Source: Ignavibacteriaceae bacterium (GTDB lineage Bacteria > Bacteroidota > Ignavibacteria > Ignavibacteriales > Ignavibacteriaceae). From it: DNA of 64,000 nt. Position 1 is the stretch's first letter; each line of letters begins with the position of its first letter. The notes under the pieces were generated by a model that had not been told where the DNA came from, did no database searches, and saw only the letters and a program-made list of their open reading frames with translations. The stretch lies in contig DAIRCT010000005.1 of NCBI GenBank assembly GCA_036796535.1, positions 574 to 64,573 of the forward strand. Reading direction: 5' to 3'. This document shows, one piece after another, positions 58,685 to 64,000 of this stretch. The translations under genes and the position numbers were made by a program.

Positions 58685-59685
58685 TACGCGCTGTTTTTAC
58701 TTGTGGAGATGTAAATGGAATTGGTCCCGAAATATCCTTAAAGGTATTTGACAGAATATTCTCTTCTAAAAATAATAATCAGATAACATTTGTCTGTCCC
58801 AAAAATGTTTTCCAATTTTATTATAATCAGATAAACGCAAAAATTGATTATCATTTTGTTGATGACCCGGAGCATTTCTCTAATTCATATCTTAATGTCG
58901 TTCCTTTGCCGGATGTTAAAGTTAATCCAGGTAAGATAACTGTTCAATCTGGCAGAACTTCCTATCAATCAATTTTAAAGTCGATCGGATTTATAAAAAA
59001 TAATTCTGCTGATGTTCTAATTACTTCTCCTATATCCAAAGAAGCAATTAACAAAAGTGGAGTTAGTTTTATCGGGCATACTGAATTACTTGCAAGCTCT
59101 GAAAAAAACAAAAATTATTTGATGATGTTTTTATCCAAAAAACTAAATGCGGCTTTACTTTCTATTCACGAACCAATTAAAAAAGTATCAGCACTCATTT
59201 CATCTGAAAAAATTATTTCTGCAATTGAATTATTAAACTTAACTGCTGTTAAAGATTTAGGAATTACAAATCCAAGAATCGCTGTCTTAGGATTGAATCC
59301 TCATGCTGGAGAAAATGGATTAATTGGTGATGAGGAAATCAAAATAATTATTCCTGCCATTAAAAAGTTAAAGGATAAATATTTTATTGATGGTCCATTC
59401 GTGCCTGATGCTTTCTGGGGAAATAAAACCTATAAGCATTTTGATATAATTTTAGGAATGTATCACGATCAGGTTCTTATTCCTTTTAAGCTGATGAATT
59501 TCAATTCCGGTGTTAACTTTACTGCCGGATTAAATTTAATCCGCACGTCACCCGATCACGGAACTGCATTTGATATCGCAGGAAAAAACATTGCAGATGA
59601 TTCAAGTTTATACCAGTCGTATAAATACGCTGTAAAAATTTTTAGAAACAGGGAAAAATATTTTGCTTCAACCAATAATAGTTGA
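58681..59685 (+). CDS. pdxA: 4-hydroxythreonine-4-phosphate dehydrogenase
   Basis: 334 aa. GHTELLA, GLNPHAGENG, SPDHGTAFDIAGK motifs. Confidence 0.9.
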   Translation: MIRAVFTCGDVNGIGPEISLKVFDRIFSSKNNNQITFVCPKNVFQFYYNQINAKIDYHFVDDPEHFSNSYLNVVPLPDVKVNPGKITVQSGRTSYQSILKSIGFIKNNSADVLITSPISKEAINKSGVSFIGHTELLASSEKNKNYLMMFLSKKLNAALLSIHEPIKKVSALISSEKIISAIELLNLTAVKDLGITNPRIAVLGLNPHAGENGLIGDEEIKIIIPAIKKLKDKYFIDGPFVPDAFWGNKTYKHFDIILGMYHDQVLIPFKLMNFNSGVNFTAGLNLIRTSPDHGTAFDIAGKNIADDSSLYQSYKYAVKIFRNREKYFASTNNS

Positions 59686-60397
59686 TCCATATCTTCATGT
59701 TTCAAACATTTATGCTCATTTAATGGATTTTGTAAGCTATAAATGGTGGGCACGATATTTATTTACAATCACAAGAAATAAAACAATAAAAAATCCGGTG
59801 GTACTTGAATTAGCTGCCGGTAGTTGTCTGATGGCTAAACATCTATCAAGATTTTATAAGAATTATATTGCTACTGATATTTCTTTAAGCATGCTAAAAC
59901 ACTCTGATAAAAATATTAAAAGAATTTGTTGTGATATGAGCTGCCTTCCGTTCAGCAAAAAGTTTGATTTGATTATTTCTTCATTCGATAGTATAAATTA
60001 TCTTACAAACAAAAATATTTTGTTAAAATCATTTAAGGGAATAAGTGATTCACTAACTCCAAAAGGTATTTTTACTTTTGATGCGGCTCTTGAGAATAAT
60101 AGTTATAAGCACGAAAAAACTGCGAATCAAAAAGGGAAATCTGCTGGTTTTATTTATACTCGTAAAAGCAAATTTTTAGCCGGCAGCAAAATCCACAAAA
60201 ATATTTTTACTATTCAATATCCGGATGGTAAAATCGTAACTGAAATTCATAGACAAAAAATATATCCACTCCAGACATTTTATGAGATGGCAGAAAAATC
60301 AGGATTAGAAGTTGTAAATTGCTATAAAGCTTTTTCACTAAAGAAAGGAAACGCTGATTCTGATCGGGTACAATTTATTATGAGAAGGAAAAATTAA
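59663..60397 (+). CDS. Class I SAM-dependent methyltransferase
   Basis: VLELAAGSCLMA motif I, and DLIISSFDSINYL. The start is uncertain: TTG 59663 overlaps pdxA by 23 nt, and the first ATG is at 59723. Confidence 0.7.
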   Translation: MLQPIIVDPYLHVSNIYAHLMDFVSYKWWARYLFTITRNKTIKNPVVLELAAGSCLMAKHLSRFYKNYIATDISLSMLKHSDKNIKRICCDMSCLPFSKKFDLIISSFDSINYLTNKNILLKSFKGISDSLTPKGIFTFDAALENNSYKHEKTANQKGKSAGFIYTRKSKFLAGSKIHKNIFTIQYPDGKIVTEIHRQKIYPLQTFYEMAEKSGLEVVNCYKAFSLKKGNADSDRVQFIMRRKN

Positions 60398-61071
60398 TGC
60401 TATCATTACAGAACATAAATTTTCATTACGCAAATCAACCTCTATTTGAAAATGTTAACCTCGAACTGGGTGCAGGTGAGTTTGCATTTTTAATCGGCAA
60501 AAGTGGATCAGGCAAAACTACTTTGTTGCAGATGATTTATATGAATGTTCAACCTCAGTCCGGAACTGTTACTGTAGGCAATTTTAATTCTAAGACTATT
60601 AAAAAGTCCGAGTTACCATTATTACGAAGAAAAATTGGTGTAGTATTCCAGGACTTTAAATTACTAAGTGACCGCAATGTATTTGAGAACTTATCTTTTA
60701 TACTTGAGGTTACTGCAACACCCAAAAAAGAAATTAAGAAAAAAGTTAATGATGCGTTGAATGAAGTTGGCTTATCCCATAAAAGATTAAATATGCCTGA
60801 TCAACTTTCCGGCGGAGAAAAACAGCGTGTTGCAATCGCACGCGCAATTTTAAATCAACCGCTGATAATTCTTGCTGATGAACCTACAGGTAATCTTGAT
60901 CCGGAAACTTCAAATGAGATTTTAGATTTGCTTCAGAAGATAAATAAGAGAGGTACAGCAGTTTTATGTGCAACACATAATTATGATATTGTGAGGAAAG
61001 GGAATACAAGAATCTTCAAAATTGAAAATGGCAAAGTTTTAAAAGGTTTTCTCAAACAAAAAGATCAATGA
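60397..61071 (+). CDS. ftsE: Cell-division ABC ATPase FtsE-like
   Basis: 224 aa. GKSGSGKTT, LSGGEKQRVAIARA, ILADEPTGNLD. Size and pattern are typical of FtsE. No ftsX is adjacent. Confidence 0.75.
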   Translation: MLSLQNINFHYANQPLFENVNLELGAGEFAFLIGKSGSGKTTLLQMIYMNVQPQSGTVTVGNFNSKTIKKSELPLLRRKIGVVFQDFKLLSDRNVFENLSFILEVTATPKKEIKKKVNDALNEVGLSHKRLNMPDQLSGGEKQRVAIARAILNQPLIILADEPTGNLDPETSNEILDLLQKINKRGTAVLCATHNYDIVRKGNTRIFKIENGKVLKGFLKQKDQ

Positions 61072-61724
61072 TATAAATTTTTTGCCTTTAATGATTCAAC
61101 AATCTGCTTATTTACATTTTCAATTGTGTCAAATCCATTAACATTAATTACTCTGCCTCTATTTTCATAATAACCAAGCACAGGTTCTGTAGTGGTTTTG
61201 AAAATATCCAATCTTTTTTTAATCACTTCTTCTTTATCATCATTTCTTAAATAAAAACTATCCTTTGCACCGCAAACAGGACAAGTATCCAATCCTTCGA
61301 TATCCTTAAGTGCAAAAATAGTTCCGCATACTTTACAAGCTCTGCGATTATTCAATCGTTTAATAATTTCATTTTCATCAGCAGTGATATTTATTAAAAT
61401 GACATTCTCAATTCCAATTTGGGCAAATAATTTGTCCAATGCTTCCGCCTGAATTGTGGTTCTGGGAAAACCATCGAGTATAAACCCTTTTTTACAATCA
61501 TCGCTTGTAAGAACATCTTTAATAAGCTCAATCATTAATTCATCAGGCACGAGCTGTCCCTTTGACATAATTTCGCCGGCTTTTTTACCAAGTTCAGTTT
61601 GATCTTTAACAGCTTTCCTTAAAATATCGCCTGTGGAAATATGAGGAATGTTAAAATTCTTTGAGATAATTTTTGCCTGGGTGCCTTTTCCAACCCCTGG
61701 TGAACCAAATAGTATTAATCGCAT
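61065..61724 (-). CDS. adk: Adenylate kinase (zinc-lid type)
   Basis: 219 aa. GSPGVGKGTQ P-loop. Lid is CKVCG...CPVCG. Confidence 0.95.
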   Translation of the reverse strand: MRLILFGSPGVGKGTQAKIISKNFNIPHISTGDILRKAVKDQTELGKKAGEIMSKGQLVPDELMIELIKDVLTSDDCKKGFILDGFPRTTIQAEALDKLFAQIGIENVILINITADENEIIKRLNNRRACKVCGTIFALKDIEGLDTCPVCGAKDSFYLRNDDKEEVIKKRLDIFKTTTEPVLGYYENRGRVINVNGFDTIENVNKQIVESLKAKNLYH

Positions 61725-61880
61725 AATCTATAAATTTTTTATTGCAAGTTAGAAGTAAAACATCTTTTTAGCAACTTTAGAATGCATGATTGTATGGATG
61801 CATGGTTAAGAGATATAAATTTATTTTTTCACCCATTCATTCTTGCAGTCATTCATGCATGCAACCAATCTTTGATATAA

Positions 61881-62020
61881 TAAGTCACCTTACTTAGTTG
61901 TCATGCTGTTCGCCGGGGCGAATCATTTCAGCATCTCAATGTCAAAGGGAACACAGATTCTGAAACAAGTTCAGAATGACAATTAGTGTTTTTTCCATAT
62001 TTTCTGCGTAAGGTGACTTA
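61881..62020. mobile_element. 140-bp MITE-like non-autonomous element with perfect 13-bp terminal inverted repeats enclosing a structured-repeat core
   Basis: TAAGTCACCTTAC at 61881-61893 and its exact reverse complement GTAAGGTGACTTA at 62008-62020. ATAA is present on both flanks. The core contains GTCATGCTG, TTCGCCGGGGCGAA and ATTCTGAAacaagTTCAGAAT, ending TGACA. No coding capacity. Confidence 0.6.
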
Positions 62021-62041
62021 ATAAAATTTCATTCACAAATT

Positions 62042-62506
62042 TTATTTATTTCGTTTCCTTTGAAAAAATAACTGAAGTAAATCTTCGCTTTCTTTAGAGA
62101 GAAGTCCTGAAAAAACTTTAATCTGATGGTTTGCTTTATTTTCTTCAGCAAGATTATAAATACTTCCGCATGCTCCAAATTTTAAGTCACTAGCAGCGAA
62201 ATATAATTCATTTATTCGGGCAGATAATAAAGCGCCTGTACACATAATGCATGGCTCCAGGGTAACATAGATTTCGCATTCATTAAGTCGCCAATTCCCC
62301 AAGTGATTTGATGCCGCAGTAATTGCAATCATTTCAGCATGTGCAGTAGGATCATTTAATTTTTCAACTTGATTATAACCGCGTCCAATAATTTTGTTAT
62401 TATGTACCACAACCGCACCAACGGGAACTTCATCTTCTTCAAAAGCTTTTTCAGCTTCCTGCAGAGCAGCATACATAAAACGATATTTATCTTCTGAGAA
62501 TAGCAA
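62042..62506 (-). CDS. tadA: tRNA adenosine(34) deaminase
   Basis: 154 aa. HAEMIAI and PCIMCTGAL zinc-binding deaminase motifs. Confidence 0.92.
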   Translation of the reverse strand: MLFSEDKYRFMYAALQEAEKAFEEDEVPVGAVVVHNNKIIGRGYNQVEKLNDPTAHAEMIAITAASNHLGNWRLNECEIYVTLEPCIMCTGALLSARINELYFAASDLKFGACGSIYNLAEENKANHQIKVFSGLLSKESEDLLQLFFQRKRNK

Positions 62507-62717
62507 AATATTTTAAGTTAATTATTTGTAAAAATTGAATTACCTGTAATGTCTTTTTTTGAGCACTGATTAGAGATTCTTTGAGTTCTGGTGAAATATC
62601 AATTACAAGAATTTCTATGTGAAAATTGTCTTTCCCCATAGTGACGAAAGAGAGTTTTGAATACCAGGACTCGCCACCGGAGAAAATTTTTAATGCTTCT
62701 TCAACTGTTAATTTCAT
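62487..62717 (-). CDS. Small hypothetical protein
   Basis: 76-aa ORF preceded by a strong AAGGAGG SD. Its 3' end overlaps tadA by 20 nt. No motif recognised. Confidence 0.4.
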   Translation of the reverse strand: MKLTVEEALKIFSGGESWYSKLSFVTMGKDNFHIEILVIDISPELKESLISAQKKTLQVIQFLQIINLKYFAILRR

Positions 62718-62731
62718 AACCCCTCCTTAAT

Positions 62732-62877
62732 CCTCCCCTTTCACTAAAAGGGGAGGAGATAGGGCTAATTGCTGTTCTGTTGAGCCTGCCTTTCCGGCAA
62801 GGCAGGTCTGATGGATAAAATTGTTTTGTATTAGCATAGTAATAATAGTAAAAATGCGTCACGGAATGGTCCGTGAC
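62732..62877. repeat. Three GC-rich intergenic hairpins (REP-like); the rightmost may terminate the upstream minus-strand gene
   Basis: CCTCCCCTTTcactaAAAGGGGAGG at 62732-62756. CCTGCCTTtccggcAAGGCAGG at 62785-62806. GTCACGGAatggTCCGTGAC at 62858-62877. Confidence 0.7.
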
Positions 62878-62904
62878 AACCGAGAAAAGACTAAAACAAT
62901 ATTG

Positions 62905-63969
62905 TTATAATTCATAATACTTAACAAAACTAACATTCCAGATACAATGGTATGCTTCTATATTTCCTCTTTGAGATACGAAATAAAGGGAATTGCCGTC
63001 ATTAGACCACTCTGGGCAATAATCATTCCCTGGATGAAATGTGATTTGCCTTTTATTTTTTCCATTTATATTTACAACATAAATATCAAAGTTATTTCCG
63101 TAAACTGGATTAATTGTTCGAGCAGTATATGCTATTTTTTCCCCATCTGGTGATACAGATGGTTGCACCAATCCTGTGCTATCATCTTTTAAAATTAATC
63201 TTTCTTCTCCAGTTTTTAAGTTTCTATACCACAATTCAGCCCATTTATAATTTTTTCTACAAAATACAATTTGATTTCTATCATTAGGGAAAAAAGTTAC
63301 ATTATATCCGCTGCATATTTTTGTTTCAATTTTCGTTCTCAGGTTTAATTTATAAATAAAAAAACATTTGTTTGTTTTCTTGTTGTCATCCGAACTTAAA
63401 TATTCATTTTTAGTATCTTCTAAATAAGCATAAAATATTAAAGTATCACCCGGAGCGAATATAGGATTGATAGGATAGGATTTGCCATTTGTTATATTTA
63501 TCGATTTTAGATCTTTTTCTTTAAGATTTACTAACCATATTTTTGGCAATCCAGAATCTGTATGAATATAAGCTATTTTTTCTCCATCGTTTGAGTAAAC
63601 GCCATCCCAGCTTATATATTTACTTACAATTCTAAAATCTTCTTTGTCACAGATTTTTCTCTCATATATATAATTTCCAAGTCGATCTAGTGAATTCCGT
63701 GGCTGTTTTCCAATCATTGCTTGGAAAATAAATTTTTGCCCATCATTCGATATATCATATACCCTGTCTAACAAGTCATAAAATGTCATTTTTTTATTCT
63801 TAATTGTTGCATTTATATAATCAAAATCATTTGTAATTTTTTTGAATGTGTACTTTTCTTCTTCACCCACTTTGATCTTCACCATTATGTACTTGCCTGA
63901 TAATCTAAGCTGACTGCATCCACTGAAAATTAATAATAAGACTATTATAGATAGGAATATTTTTTTCAT
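62905..63969 (-). CDS. TolB-like / WD40-like beta-propeller lipoprotein
   Basis: 354 aa. Lipobox FSGC. PD40-like repeats (SPDGEKIAYTA, PEWSNDGNSLYFVSQRG, NDGEKIAYIH). Confidence 0.65.
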   Translation of the reverse strand: MKKIFLSIIVLLLIFSGCSQLRLSGKYIMVKIKVGEEEKYTFKKITNDFDYINATIKNKKMTFYDLLDRVYDISNDGQKFIFQAMIGKQPRNSLDRLGNYIYERKICDKEDFRIVSKYISWDGVYSNDGEKIAYIHTDSGLPKIWLVNLKEKDLKSINITNGKSYPINPIFAPGDTLIFYAYLEDTKNEYLSSDDNKKTNKCFFIYKLNLRTKIETKICSGYNVTFFPNDRNQIVFCRKNYKWAELWYRNLKTGEERLILKDDSTGLVQPSVSPDGEKIAYTARTINPVYGNNFDIYVVNINGKNKRQITFHPGNDYCPEWSNDGNSLYFVSQRGNIEAYHCIWNVSFVKYYEL

Positions 63970-64000
63970 AACAAGCCCTTAGTTAATATATTTATTTAAT

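Noticed and set aside
60397-61071. ftsE without an adjacent ftsX as an anomaly
   Set aside because: The downstream gene is convergent adk. Unlinked ftsE and ftsX occur in several phyla, and ftsX may simply lie outside the window. Alternatively this may be a generic FtsE-like ABC ATPase.
61787-61872. CATGCAT/CATTCAT-rich segments upstream of adk as a possible long hairpin or ncRNA
   Set aside because: The two segments share composition, but in my hand alignment they are not convincingly complementary. No conserved ncRNA motif (tRNA, SRP, RNase P, tmRNA, riboswitch cores) was recognisable.

Overview
AT-rich, core-genome-like chromosomal window. It probably comes from a member of the FCB superphylum, most consistent with an Ignavibacteria-type organism. 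That placement is inference from three T9SS C-terminal sorting domains, an 11-subunit nuo operon without nuoEFG, and a fused E1 alpha/beta 2-oxoacid dehydrogenase. I found no rRNA, tRNA, CRISPR array, integrase, transposase, reverse transcriptase or recognisable defence or toxin-antitoxin genes. Gene content, left to right: (1) A 12-haem membrane-anchored cytochrome c. (2) A seven-gene sulfur-type operon: MerR-like regulator with a Cys-rich tail, Tat-exported PsrA/PhsA-like molybdoenzyme, PsrB, PsrC, two half-size YeeE/YedE proteins, and a membrane-anchored Cys-less rhodanese. (3) A FadL-like porin, an unknown exported protein, a CMD-family protein, and an unknown polytopic membrane protein coupled to an active rhodanese. 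(4) A lipoate-self-sufficient 2-oxoacid dehydrogenase cluster, lpdA-lipB-E1(alpha/beta)-E2-lipA. (5) A 14.5-kb same-strand block of secreted, T9SS and outer-membrane proteins, including a TonB-dependent receptor, a PorV-like barrel, an NHL lipoprotein and an LTD+PLD enzyme. (6) atpDC. (7) On the minus strand, sod, iscA/erpA, a hypothetical, an Rrf2 regulator and nuoNMLKJIHDCBA. (8) Housekeeping genes: alr, a hypothetical, a manC-like gene, pyrK, pyrD, folC, rho, a GWxTD protein, pdxA, a methyltransferase, ftsE, adk, tadA and a TolB-like lipoprotein. The most unusual sequence-visible signal is a family of ~95-bp modular, multi-palindromic intergenic repeats. One full copy of that repeat lies in frame inside the E2 acyltransferase gene and encodes more than half of the linker between its two lipoyl domains. 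Other leads are a tandem array of six evenly spaced CAGAC-N4-GTCTG palindromes upstream of the sulfur operon, a 140-bp MITE-like element with perfect 13-bp terminal inverted repeats, a rhodanese whose only cysteine is its last residue, an Fe/Mn-SOD gene with two SD-preceded in-frame starts (one adding a Tat signal), and a putative extracellular nucleic-acid or polymer harvesting locus. All family assignments come from motif recognition by eye. No database search was run.
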